From an uncultured bacterium (GTDB lineage Bacteria; Patescibacteriota; Minisyncoccia; Phycocordibacterales; UBA9973), in contig CAISUD010000060.1 of NCBI GenBank assembly GCA_903888625.1, forward strand, positions 1-50,248: a DNA stretch of 50,248 nucleotides, in the 5' to 3' direction. Below are positions 15,820 to 24,292 of the stretch, in pieces. The position numbers were made by a program, and so were the translations under genes. The notes below the pieces were generated by a model. It was not told the DNA's origin. It ran no database searches and saw only the letters and a list, made by a program, of their open reading frames with translations. The first letter of the stretch is position 1. The number at the start of each line of letters is the position of its first letter.

Positions 15820-16326
15820 TTAATATTGAACACCGTCATTATTTTCACCGTACCCAAATGGTTTTTTAGGTTCTAAATTTTTGTTTAATTTATATTTACC
15901 TATATTTGCGATATCATTATTACCAAGTTCTGGGTCAAGTTCTTTTATATCATGAACAATGTCACTATTTTCAGTTGAGGTTGGAGCAATTGTTTGGTTA
16001 GGGATTTTATCTAAAGGATTTTTTATGTGGTACATAATGTCAGAGATTTGATCTTCTGTTAATCCTTCGGCTGGGAGTTTTTCATATTGAATTTCATCAT
16101 AATATTTATCTGGCGACTCGAGGTATGTGCTATCACCAGGGAGAGTAAAAGCATATTTTTTTAATAATTCTTGTCCCATTGGAGTACTTACAAATGGTAT
16201 ATTAAGTGAATCCTTGTTTTGAGTATTTGGGTTTTGTGCGTTGTCTTTAAGTGGTATGGCACCAAGAACAGCACCAATTCCTATAATTCCTGCTTTTTTA
16301 AAAAATTTATTTTCTTTAAAATTCAT
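15820..16326 (-). CDS. hypothetical membrane-anchored or secreted protein
   Basis: N-terminal hydrophobic segment AGIIGIGAVLGAIPL. Acidic, Pro/Asn-rich body. No recognisable family. Confidence 0.5.
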   Translation of the reverse strand: MNFKENKFFKKAGIIGIGAVLGAIPLKDNAQNPNTQNKDSLNIPFVSTPMGQELLKKYAFTLPGDSTYLESPDKYYDEIQYEKLPAEGLTEDQISDIMYHIKNPLDKIPNQTIAPTSTENSDIVHDIKELDPELGNNDIANIGKYKLNKNLEPKKPFGYGENNDGVQY

Positions 16327-16349
16327 GTTTATTATATAATATTTTTAAT

Positions 16350-17057
16350 TTAACCCAATTCCAAACTATGTAAAAATTTTTCGAGTTCTTTGCTTTTTAT
16401 TTGTCGATAGGAGCCATCGGGGATTTTGCCGAGTTCGATATTCATAATTCGAATTCTTTTTAAGTCGGAGACTTCTTGGAAAAGGGCTTCGCACATTCGA
16501 CGGATTTGGTGTCTTTTACCTTCAGTTAAAATAACTTTGAAAGTATTTTCATTCACAATTTCAACTTTGCATTTTGCCGTCTTTTCATCTTGGATTTTTA
16601 CTCCGGCTTCCATTTTATTTTTAAAACTTGAGCGTAAAGTATTTTTTACTTTTACTAAATATTCTTTTTCGTGCAAATAATTTGGGCCGAGCAACCGATC
16701 GGTAATTCTGCCATCATTCGTTAAAATAATTAAACCATGAGAATCTTTATCAAGCCTACCAATTGGAAAAACATCTTTTAAAGCTACTACACTTTTTATT
16801 TCTTTTTCTTCGCCTTGAGCCGAATGAGTGACGATGCCTTTTGGTTTGTTGTAAGCAAAATATAAATAGGGGATTTGTTTGCCTCGGAAGCGAACTTCAA
16901 TAGAATCTTTTTCGGTGACTTTGTCACCTAGCACTGCCAGTTTGCCATTGATGAAAACTTTTTTATCAATGATAAGTTCGTCCGCCCCCCGGCGAGTTGA
17001 GTGTTTATTTAAAGCTAAGTATTTATTTATCCGCATTGGATATATTGGTTTTTCCAT
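16350..17057 (-). CDS. RsuA/RluB-family pseudouridine synthase (S4 domain plus catalytic domain)
   Basis: S4-like N-terminus MRINKYLA...SRRGADELI. Catalytic GRLDKDSHGLIILTNDG. KRHQIRRM. Confidence 0.9.
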   Translation of the reverse strand: MEKPIYPMRINKYLALNKHSTRRGADELIIDKKVFINGKLAVLGDKVTEKDSIEVRFRGKQIPYLYFAYNKPKGIVTHSAQGEEKEIKSVVALKDVFPIGRLDKDSHGLIILTNDGRITDRLLGPNYLHEKEYLVKVKNTLRSSFKNKMEAGVKIQDEKTAKCKVEIVNENTFKVILTEGKRHQIRRMCEALFQEVSDLKRIRIMNIELGKIPDGSYRQIKSKELEKFLHSLELG

Positions 17058-17087
17058 AGACCCTAGTATAGCATTAAATTTGATATT

Positions 17088-17130
17088 GCTCCCTCTCCTT
17101 AATAAGGAGAGGGCAAGGGTGAGGTTCTTT
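17088..17130. repeat. GC-rich palindromic element, copy 2 (left arm truncated)
   Basis: gctccctctcctt aata aggagagggcaagggtgaggttcttt. The right arm and flank match copy 1 at 4964-5000. Confidence 0.8.
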
Positions 17131-17152
17131 TGGATTTTTAATTTATAAAATA

Positions 17153-17161
17153 TGTTAAAAT
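17153..17161 (+). promoter_or_regulatory. extended -10 box (TGtTAAAAT), predicted leaderless start
   Basis: The hexamer ends 6 nt before ATG 17168. Confidence 0.4.
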
Positions 17162-17167
17162 GTATAA

Positions 17168-18538
17168 ATGCGGAAAACCATTTTAGAAAAACTTTTTAGT
17201 GCACCGGCGGAGGTTTTAGAGCGGGGGGTAGAGGTGGGTAAGGAAATTGAGCATGATATTGCTAATGAAAAACCAATAAAAGAAGCCAAGGAGTATTGGA
17301 AGATTTTAGGGCCGGGGCTCACAACTGGGGCTGCGGATGATGATCCCTCTGGAATTGCTACTTATTCGCAAATGGGAGCTTCTCGAGGATTTGGCTTACT
17401 TTGGCTATCTTTATTTACTTTTCCACTGATGGGTGCAATCCAAGAAATGTGTGCTCGGATTGGGATGGTCAGCGGGGTGGGACTCGCGACAAATATCAAA
17501 AGGCATTTTTCTAAAAAAGCATTATACTTTTGTGTATTTCTACTTTTACTTGCGAATGTTTTTAATATTGGAGCAGATTTAGGAGCTATGGCAAAATCAC
17601 TTCAGTTGATTTATCCAAAAATAGGATTTACTTTTTTAATATTTTTCTTTGCCCTTGGCACTCTTGCTTTGCAAATTTTTGTTCCTTATAAAAAATATTC
17701 TAAATATTTAAAATATTTATCCTTAGTACTTTTAGCTTATGTTTTTTCTGCTTTTGCTGTTCATGTCAATTGGGGTGATGTTTTTCGCCATATAGTTGTG
17801 CCAACAATAAATTTTTCTAAAGATGAGATAATCTTAATTTGTGCTGCTTTTGGCACAACCATTTCTCCTTATTTGTTTTTTTGGCAAACCTCTCAAGAGG
17901 TTGAAGAAGATATTTTAAAAGGAAAAAAAACAGAAGAAATGCGTCGAGAGCAGACGACTAGGGGGGATATTAAAAAAATGAGAATTGATAATTGGTCTGG
18001 GATGCTTTTTTCAAATTTAATTATGTTTTTTATTATCGTTACTTGTGCGGCGGCACTTTTTCAGAATGGAATTACCAATATTGGCACGGCTGCTGACGCA
18101 GCTTTGGCACTCCGTCCTTTTGCCGGCGATTTTGCTTTCTTTATCTTTGCACTGGGTGTTATCGGTATTGGGCTACTCGCAATTCCAGTCCTGGCTGGTT
18201 CGGCTTCATATGCAATGTCTGAAACATTCGGTTGGAAGACAGGGCTTTACCGAAAATTAAAAAACGCTACTTCATTTTACGGAATAATTATTGTGGCAAT
18301 GGTGCTCGGAATTATTTTAAACTTTATCGGATTGGACCCAATCAAAGCCCTCATTTACGCGGCAGTTTTAAATGGAATTACTTCTCCAGTAATGATTTAT
18401 TTTATTGTAAAACTTTCTGCCAAAAAGGAATTAATGGGAGAATATAAAAACAAAAGAGCAGGGAATATCATTGGTTGGTTTTCGGTCGGATTATTATTTG
18501 TAGTTAGTTTGGTTACATTAATATTTATTTTTAAATAA
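17168..18538 (+). CDS. Nramp-family divalent metal transporter
   Basis: GPGLTTGAADDDPSGIATYSQMGA signature and about 11 hydrophobic helices. Confidence 0.85.
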   Translation: MRKTILEKLFSAPAEVLERGVEVGKEIEHDIANEKPIKEAKEYWKILGPGLTTGAADDDPSGIATYSQMGASRGFGLLWLSLFTFPLMGAIQEMCARIGMVSGVGLATNIKRHFSKKALYFCVFLLLLANVFNIGADLGAMAKSLQLIYPKIGFTFLIFFFALGTLALQIFVPYKKYSKYLKYLSLVLLAYVFSAFAVHVNWGDVFRHIVVPTINFSKDEIILICAAFGTTISPYLFFWQTSQEVEEDILKGKKTEEMRREQTTRGDIKKMRIDNWSGMLFSNLIMFFIIVTCAAALFQNGITNIGTAADAALALRPFAGDFAFFIFALGVIGIGLLAIPVLAGSASYAMSETFGWKTGLYRKLKNATSFYGIIIVAMVLGIILNFIGLDPIKALIYAAVLNGITSPVMIYFIVKLSAKKELMGEYKNKRAGNIIGWFSVGLLFVVSLVTLIFIFK

Positions 18539-18541
18539 AAT

Positions 18542-19603
18542 ATGCAAACCTTAAAAGACTTTGATTTAACAGATTACAATACCTTTGGCATAAATGCTAA
18601 AGCAAAATTTTTAGTTGAGATAAATAAAGAAGCAGATTTTTTAGAATTACTTGAAACTACTGAATACAAAAACAACCAAAAACTTTTTTTAGGCGGAGGA
18701 AGTAATATGCTTTTAGTGAAAGATTTTGACGGGCTCATTGTTTTAAATAAATTAAAAGGCATTGAAATAATTAAAGAGGATGAGGAAAATGTCTGGGTAA
18801 AAGCGATGGGTGGGGAAATATGGAACGATTTGGTTTTATTTTCAGTTGAAAAAGGTTTTTGGGGACTTGAGAATTTGTCGCTCGTGCCAGGCACCGTCGG
18901 TGCTTCACCAGTACAAAATATTGGAGCCTATGGGTCTGAAGCTAAAGATACTATCTTTGAAGTTGAGGCTATCGATATAAAAAATGCAGGGAAAAAAGTT
19001 TTTACAAATAAAGAATGTGAGTTTGGTTATCGAGATAGTATTTTCAAAAATAAATTAAAAGGTAAATATTTTATTATTGCAGTTATTTTTAAATTAAGTA
19101 AAAAACAAAATAAAAATGTAAATTATCGAGCCTTGCAAGAATATTTGGATGAAAATAAATTGGAAATAAAAAGCTCGGGGGATGTAGCCAGAATTATTGC
19201 CGAAATCAGAGAGAGTAAATTACCCAATCCAAAAATTTTAGGTAATGCTGGAAGTTTTTTCAAAAATGTATATGTGGATATAGATAAATTGTTAGAGATA
19301 GAATTGTTATATCCGGATGTTCCATGTTTCGAAGAGGAAAACAGAACCTCACCCCTGACCCCTCTCCTTAATAAGGAGAGGGGAAACCAGACAATAAAAA
19401 TCCCGACAGCGTGGCTCATAGAGAAATGTGGTTGGAAAGGCAAAAGAGTCGGTAATGTCGGCGTACACATCAAACAATCGCTCGTTTTAGTAAATTATGG
19501 CGGAGCCACCGGCGCGGAAGTCTTGGACTTAGCCAATAAAATAATCGATTCCGTTGATCAAAAATTCGGCATAAAACTCACCCTCGAAGTGAATTTGATT
19601 TGA
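18542..19603 (+). CDS. murB: UDP-N-acetylenolpyruvoylglucosamine reductase
   Basis: FAD-binding N-terminus FLGGGSNMLL, LSLVPGTVGASPVQNIGAYG, GNAGSFFKN, and a C-terminal AWLIEKCGWKG ... LVLVNYG region. Confidence 0.9.
   Translation: MQTLKDFDLTDYNTFGINAKAKFLVEINKEADFLELLETTEYKNNQKLFLGGGSNMLLVKDFDGLIVLNKLKGIEIIKEDEENVWVKAMGGEIWNDLVLFSVEKGFWGLENLSLVPGTVGASPVQNIGAYGSEAKDTIFEVEAIDIKNAGKKVFTNKECEFGYRDSIFKNKLKGKYFIIAVIFKLSKKQNKNVNYRALQEYLDENKLEIKSSGDVARIIAEIRESKLPNPKILGNAGSFFKNVYVDIDKLLEIELLYPDVPCFEEENRTSPLTPLLNKERGNQTIKIPTAWLIEKCGWKGKRVGNVGVHIKQSLVLVNYGGATGAEVLDLANKIIDSVDQKFGIKLTLEVNLI
19346..19383. repeat. GC-rich palindromic element, copy 3, in-frame inside murB
   Basis: acctcacccctgacccctctcctt aata aggagagggg. 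Translated as TSPLTPLLNKERG within the murB reading frame. Confidence 0.85.
19546..19603 (+). repeat. direct repeat A: functional 3' end of murB
   Basis: Aligns without gaps to 20802-20859, with 17-nt identical blocks gatcaaaaattcggcat and cgaagtgaatttgattt. Confidence 0.85.
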
Positions 19604-20801
19604 TATTCATAGGTAATAAGTTATCCACACCACGAAATTGACTTAATTCGTGGTTTCTGATACCATGAAATTATGCAATTTAATAGAATACAAACAATAG
19701 AAAAAGAACTTTCTCCCAAAAGGGTTTTAATTGTATATGGCCCAAGAAGAATTGGTAAAACCACATTAGTAAAAGCTTTTGCTGAAAAAAATAAGAACAG
19801 AAAAGTTTTGTTTTCTGTAGGAGATGATATGAGGTTACAAAAGCTTTTTAACTCCGGTCTTCGGAAGGAAATATTAGAATGGGCAATACCCTACGAAATT
19901 CTTATTATTGATGAAGCTCAATATATAAAAAATATTGGTCAAGCTATTAAAATGATAATTGATGAATATGGAGACAAGAAAATTATTTTAACTGGATCTT
20001 CTTCTTTTGAAATTGCTCAAAATGTGGGCGAGCCATTGACTGGTCGTCATTTTACTATGACATTACTGCCAATTATGCAGAACGAAATTTTAAAAAGTAA
20101 TTTTGAAAAAAAAGAGATACTCGAAGATATTCTTGTTTTTGGATCTTACCCAGAAATTTTAATACAAAATGATAAAGAACAAAAAATACGTATTTTAGAT
20201 GAGTTAGTAAGTTCGTATCTTTTAAAAGATATTTTGATTTTGGATAAAATAAAATCACCCAATACATTAATTGATATTTTGAAAGCTTTAGCCTTTCAAG
20301 TTGGTAATGAAGTTTCTTTTGCAGAAATAGGCAATCTTGTTGGTAGAGATACAAAAACGGTTCAAAGATATATTGATATTTTAGAAAAAACCTTTGTTTT
20401 AAAACGAGTCAAAGGTTATAGTAAAAATTTAAGAAAAGAAATATCTAGAAAATCTAAATTTTACTTTTATGATTTAGGGGTGAGAAATGCAATTATCAAT
20501 CAATATAATGGGGTTTCATTAAGGAATGATGTCGGTGCGCTATGGGAGAATTTTGTTTTTATGGAGCTTTATAAAAAATCTCTTGCTTTTAAAGAATACA
20601 AAGAATTTTATTTTTGGAGAACTCATGAAGGTGCAGAAGTAGATATAATTACAGAAAAAGATGGGAAGATATCAGCTTATGAATGTAAATGGACAAAAGA
20701 TGGTTCTAAAAATTTAAAATTATTTAAAACAATTTATCCAGATGCAGAAATTAGTGTCGTCAATAAAGATAATTATTTGGATTTTTTAACTGTAAAACAA
20801 T
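19604..20801 (+). mobile_element. putative single-gene cassette (AAA+/DUF4143 ATPase) inserted in the murB 3' end
   Basis: Bounded by the duplicated murB tail. Carries its own TTGACT-17-TACCAT promoter. A paralogous arrangement occurs at secY. Confidence 0.5.
19638..19666 (+). promoter_or_regulatory. promoter TTGACT-17-TACCAT (TGa extended -10), leaderless
   Basis: The -10 ends 6 nt before ATG 19673. Confidence 0.5.
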
Positions 20802-20809
20802 CGATTTAG
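19673..20809 (+). CDS. AAA+ ATPase with DUF4143-type C-terminal domain (COG1373-like)
   Basis: Walker A GPRRIGKTT, Walker B LIIDEAQ, central HTH-like region, C-terminal EVDII...YECKW (D...ExK nuclease-like motif). Confidence 0.8.
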   Translation: MQFNRIQTIEKELSPKRVLIVYGPRRIGKTTLVKAFAEKNKNRKVLFSVGDDMRLQKLFNSGLRKEILEWAIPYEILIIDEAQYIKNIGQAIKMIIDEYGDKKIILTGSSSFEIAQNVGEPLTGRHFTMTLLPIMQNEILKSNFEKKEILEDILVFGSYPEILIQNDKEQKIRILDELVSSYLLKDILILDKIKSPNTLIDILKALAFQVGNEVSFAEIGNLVGRDTKTVQRYIDILEKTFVLKRVKGYSKNLRKEISRKSKFYFYDLGVRNAIINQYNGVSLRNDVGALWENFVFMELYKKSLAFKEYKEFYFWRTHEGAEVDIITEKDGKISAYECKWTKDGSKNLKLFKTIYPDAEISVVNKDNYLDFLTVKQSI

Positions 20810-20859
20810 TCGATCAAAAATTCGGCATCAAACTTGTCCCCGAAGTGAATTTGATTTAG
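20802..20859 (+). repeat. direct repeat B: displaced, diverged copy of the murB 3' end
   Basis: Still reads DQKFGIKLVPEVNLI* in the murB frame (functional copy: DQKFGIKLTLEVNLI*). 11 mismatches in 58 nt. Confidence 0.85.
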
Positions 20860-20876
20860 GCCCCTTAGGGTGTATA

Positions 20877-20918
20877 ACCCGGTAGTAGAATTTTTTGCAA
20901 AAAATCTCACTACCGGGT
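20877..20918 (+). terminator. long hairpin following the relic murB tail
   Basis: acccggtagt ... actaccgggt outer stem with an inner A/T stem. The 3' end overlaps GGGTATAAT (a possible -10 for the FKBP gene). Confidence 0.45.
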
Positions 20919-20958
20919 ATAATTAACTTATTATAAATTAATTTTTTAAAATAAATAT

Positions 20959-21435
20959 ATGTTAAAAAATAATAAAGGTAAAATAATCGTTTGGGTTTTA
21001 GTCGTCGTTATCGTCGTCGCTGTTTTAGTTTTTCTTACAATTAAGGTTTATCATAATAACAATAATAATATGCCAAATAATAATGGAGAGGGGGTGGTGG
21101 GGACAGTTTCTGATGGTGCAAAAGCTGGAGACACAGTCACAGTAAATTACACCGGTAAATTAGCCGATGGAACTGTTTTTGATTCAAATGTGGATCCAAA
21201 ATTTAAACACGTAGAACCTTTTTCTTTCATTTTAGGTGCAGGACAAGTTATTCCAGGTTGGGATAAAGGAGTCCTAGGAATGAAAGTCGGAGACAAGAAA
21301 ACTTTAGTTATTCCACCAGAAGATGCTTATGGAGCAACTGGGGCTGGCGGAGTTATTCCACCAAATGCAACCTTAACTTTTGATGTTGAAGTTACTAATA
21401 TTGCACCTGCTACGACAGGGGCAACAGCTAATTAA
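20959..21435 (+). CDS. FKBP-type peptidyl-prolyl isomerase, membrane anchored
   Basis: N-terminal TM IIVWVLVVVIVVAVLVFLTI. VTVNYTGKLADGTVFDSN ... FILGAGQVIPGWDKGVLGMKVGDK ... LTFDVEV. Confidence 0.9.
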   Translation: MLKNNKGKIIVWVLVVVIVVAVLVFLTIKVYHNNNNNMPNNNGEGVVGTVSDGAKAGDTVTVNYTGKLADGTVFDSNVDPKFKHVEPFSFILGAGQVIPGWDKGVLGMKVGDKKTLVIPPEDAYGATGAGGVIPPNATLTFDVEVTNIAPATTGATAN

Positions 21436-21444
21436 TAAAAAATT

Positions 21445-22251
21445 ATGAAAATTTCAGATGAAAAAAAGAAAAAGATTTTTTGGATTACGAAAGCCATTGT
21501 CTTTGTTTTAATAGTTTCATGCGCTGTAAAATATTTAGCTAGTTGTGGAAATTTTAGCGAAAATGGAAATAACATAGTAAACACTATTTCATTTTCTGGT
21601 CATGGAGAAATTAATGCTGTGCCTGATATAGCAAATATTAATTTTACTATTTCCAAAGATGCGGGGACAGTGAAAGATGCACAAAATCAAGTTGCCCAAG
21701 TTGAGAAAAATTCCTTAGATTTTTTAAAGACAAATGGAATAGCTAATGCGGATATCAAAACTACCGATGCTTCTTTTTATCCAAAATATCAATATAAATA
21801 TACGGCTGTACCACAAATAGCCTGCATATCTCTAAATTGTCCGCCACCAGTTGGCAACAATGTCATTGTTGGATACACTGCTAGCGAAAATATTAGTGTT
21901 AAAATTCGCAACACCGATTCAGCTGGGAAAATAATTCAAGGCCTAGGTTCGCTTGGAGTTTCAAATTTGAATGGTCCAGATTTTACAGTGGACAATCCAA
22001 ATGGCTTAAAAGTTTCTGCTAGAAAATTGGCAATTGATGAAGCAAAAAATAAAGCCGGAGTTTTAGCTAAAGACCTTGGAATTCGTTTAGGCAAAATTAC
22101 TTCTTTTTCTGAAGATGGAGTGAATTCAATGCCACTCTACAATGCGAAAGCCATGAGTACCGATAGTGTAGCAGTCAGCGCTCCAGCCGTGCTTCCAACT
22201 GGTGTGAACTTGATAACTTCTGATGTCACTATAACTTATGAAATAAAATAA
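21445..22251 (+). CDS. SIMPL/DUF541-domain protein
   Basis: Signal anchor, then ISFSGHGEINAVPDIANINFTI and C-terminal ITSDVTITYEI, typical of BP26/SIMPL proteins. Confidence 0.7.
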   Translation: MKISDEKKKKIFWITKAIVFVLIVSCAVKYLASCGNFSENGNNIVNTISFSGHGEINAVPDIANINFTISKDAGTVKDAQNQVAQVEKNSLDFLKTNGIANADIKTTDASFYPKYQYKYTAVPQIACISLNCPPPVGNNVIVGYTASENISVKIRNTDSAGKIIQGLGSLGVSNLNGPDFTVDNPNGLKVSARKLAIDEAKNKAGVLAKDLGIRLGKITSFSEDGVNSMPLYNAKAMSTDSVAVSAPAVLPTGVNLITSDVTITYEIK

Positions 22252-22284
22252 AATTTGACTATTTTATCGAAAAAGAGTAGTATT

Positions 22285-22310
22285 AAAAAAGCCCTCGAAG
22301 GGGCTTTTTT
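22285..22310 (+). terminator. rho-independent terminator
   Basis: aaaaaagccc tcgaag gggctttttt. Confidence 0.75.
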
Positions 22311-22360
22311 ATAAGAAATAAATGTTGTAGAATAAGATTATTATTTAATTTTTTAAAAGG

Positions 22361-22546
22361 ATGTCAAAAATAACTGATTATTTAAAAGAAACAAAGACAG
22401 AGTTGAAACATGTGAATTGGCCAACTAGACGTCAGACCCTTTATTATACTTTGATAGTAGTTGTGATTTCTATTCTAGTCGCTTACTTTTTGGGTATTTT
22501 TGATTTTATTTTCTCCCAAGGGCTAGTTAAATTAATTGGTTTTTAA
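22361..22546 (+). CDS. secE: preprotein translocase subunit SecE
   Basis: 61 aa. ETKTELKHVNWPTRRQ followed by a single TM. Lies directly upstream of nusG. Confidence 0.85.
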   Translation: MSKITDYLKETKTELKHVNWPTRRQTLYYTLIVVVISILVAYFLGIFDFIFSQGLVKLIGF

Positions 22547-22554
22547 AATTATTT

Positions 22555-23100
22555 ATGGCAAAACAAGAAACACAAGCAGTTAGAAATTGGTATGCAATTC
22601 ATACTTATGCCGGATATGAAAATGCGGTTCTTCGTAATTTGAAACAACGCATAGATTCTCTCGGTGCCCACGACAAAATTTTCAATGTCATCGTGCCAGT
22701 TGAAAAGAAAATAAAAATAAAAGCTGGTAAAAGAGTAGAAGTTGAAGAAAAAATTTACCCAGGCTATGTGCTTGTAGATATGATTGTGACCGATGATTCT
22801 TGGTATATTGTACGAAACACTCCACGAGTCACTGGCTTCGTTGGGGCTGGAGTTAATCCTGTTCCACTTAAAAAAGAAGAAGTAGATTATTTATTCAAGA
22901 AAATGGATACAGGTACAGCTAAACACAATATCGATTTGGCTATCGGGGAGACAGTTCGGATTGTCGATGGACCATTTAAGGATTTAGAAGGTAAAGTAAA
23001 TTCAGTGGATCAAGAAAGAGGTAAAGTAAAAGTACTGGTTTCAATGTTCGGTCGGGAAACTCCAGTTGAATTAGATTTCTTACAGGTCAAAAAGATTTAA
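22555..23100 (+). CDS. nusG: transcription termination/antitermination factor NusG
   Basis: WYAIHTYAGYENAV NGN start and a KOW motif VRIVDGPFKDLEGKV. Confidence 0.9.
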   Translation: MAKQETQAVRNWYAIHTYAGYENAVLRNLKQRIDSLGAHDKIFNVIVPVEKKIKIKAGKRVEVEEKIYPGYVLVDMIVTDDSWYIVRNTPRVTGFVGAGVNPVPLKKEEVDYLFKKMDTGTAKHNIDLAIGETVRIVDGPFKDLEGKVNSVDQERGKVKVLVSMFGRETPVELDFLQVKKI

Positions 23101-23111
23101 ATAATACTTGT

Positions 23112-23213
23112 CCCGTACTAAATTTTTGATTGCTTCTAAATCAAGAAAATAGACAAAAAGGACAAAATAGTATAGATTAACATTATTAACAATAAATAAA
23201 ATTTAGTATCGGG
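23112..23213 (+). promoter_or_regulatory. long-range stem bracketing the nusG-rplK spacer
   Basis: cccgtactaaattt (23112-23125) pairs with aaatttagta(t)cggg (23199-23213). The 3' arm abuts ATG 23214. Confidence 0.5.
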
Positions 23214-23639
23214 ATGGCAAAAAAAATAACCAAAAAAATAAAATTACAAATCCAAGCAGCTAAAGCAACTCCGGCACCACCACTTGGGCCTGCTCTTGGA
23301 CAAGCTGGAATCAACATCGGAGATTTCGTGACCAAGTTTAACGCTGCTACCCAAAAAATGGCAGGGGATAAAGTTTCGGTAGTAGTTTCTGTTTACGAAG
23401 ATCGGACTTACGATTTTATCGTCAAAACTCCACCAATCACTGGCCTCATTTTAAAAGCTGCTGGGATAGAGAAAGGTTCTGGTAAGAATGCAGTTACGAA
23501 AGTTGGAAAAATCACCAAAGCGCAAGCATTGGAAATTGCCAAGAAAAAAGGAACAGATTTGAATGCCAAAGACGACGCGGGCGCAATCAATATAGTTGCC
23601 GGTTCAGCAAGGTCAATGGGCATAGAAGTTAAAGATTAA
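23214..23639 (+). CDS. rplK: 50S ribosomal protein L11
   Basis: IKLQIQAAKATPAPPLGPALGQAGINI ... FIVKTPP. Confidence 0.95.
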   Translation: MAKKITKKIKLQIQAAKATPAPPLGPALGQAGINIGDFVTKFNAATQKMAGDKVSVVVSVYEDRTYDFIVKTPPITGLILKAAGIEKGSGKNAVTKVGKITKAQALEIAKKKGTDLNAKDDAGAINIVAGSARSMGIEVKD

Positions 23640-23660
23640 AATCTTTTAAATATTAAACAC

Positions 23661-23691
23661 AAAAAAGCCAACACAAAATGTTGGCTTTTTT
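23661..23691 (+). terminator. rho-independent terminator after rplK
   Basis: aaaaaagccaac / gttggctttttt stem with a 7-nt loop. Confidence 0.8.
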
Positions 23692-23757
23692 AATTTGCAA
23701 AAAGCGATAGACGAATTGATGATTTTAATTTTAGAAACTTTATGATATATTTATACA

Positions 23758-24291
23758 ATGGAAAATATAGATAAAAAAATTCACTTAAATCATAAAGATT
23801 TAATAGAAAAAATAAAAGCCCATAAGGTTTTAGGGCATAAAATTGTTTGTACTATTGGTTCATGGGATATGCTCCATATCGGTCATTTAAGGTATTTGAA
23901 TGCAGCTAAAAAACACGGAGATATCCTGATTGTGGGGGTAGACAGTGATAGAGGTATTAAGTCTTACAAAGGTCCTTTAAGACCTATTATTCCAGAAAAA
24001 GAACGAATAGAAATGTTATCTTATCAATCTTGTGTTGACTATGTCACCTTAGTTGATGATATAGACGAGAAAGGTAATTGGTTATATGCAATTATTAAAG
24101 ATTTACCGGTTGATGTTTTTGTGGCAGTAGGTGGAAATAGTTACACTGAAAAACAAAAAAAAATGATCAAAAAATTATGTAAAAAGATTTCTGTTATTCC
24201 TAGACAAGCTGAAAGTACTTCATCAACAGATATTGTGCAGAATGTTATTAAAACTCATTTACTTGGACAAGTTAAGAATAAAAAAAAGTAA
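23758..24291 (+). CDS. cytidylyltransferase-family nucleotidyltransferase (TagD / RfaE-domain-II-like)
   Basis: GSWDMLHIGHLRYL (HxGH motif) and VGVDSD. About 177 aa. Confidence 0.7.
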   Translation: MENIDKKIHLNHKDLIEKIKAHKVLGHKIVCTIGSWDMLHIGHLRYLNAAKKHGDILIVGVDSDRGIKSYKGPLRPIIPEKERIEMLSYQSCVDYVTLVDDIDEKGNWLYAIIKDLPVDVFVAVGGNSYTEKQKKMIKKLCKKISVIPRQAESTSSTDIVQNVIKTHLLGQVKNKKK

Positions 24292-24292
24292 T

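Noticed and set aside
18045-18447. Two 71-aa plus-strand ORFs inside the Nramp gene.
   Set aside because: They are out-of-frame overlaps with a gene that has a clear family signature and continuous TM pattern.
22255-22283. Promoter-like TTGACT-17-TAGTAT just after the SIMPL gene stop.
   Set aside because: It lies upstream of the strong terminator at 22285-22310, so transcripts from it would terminate before secE. It is probably fortuitous.
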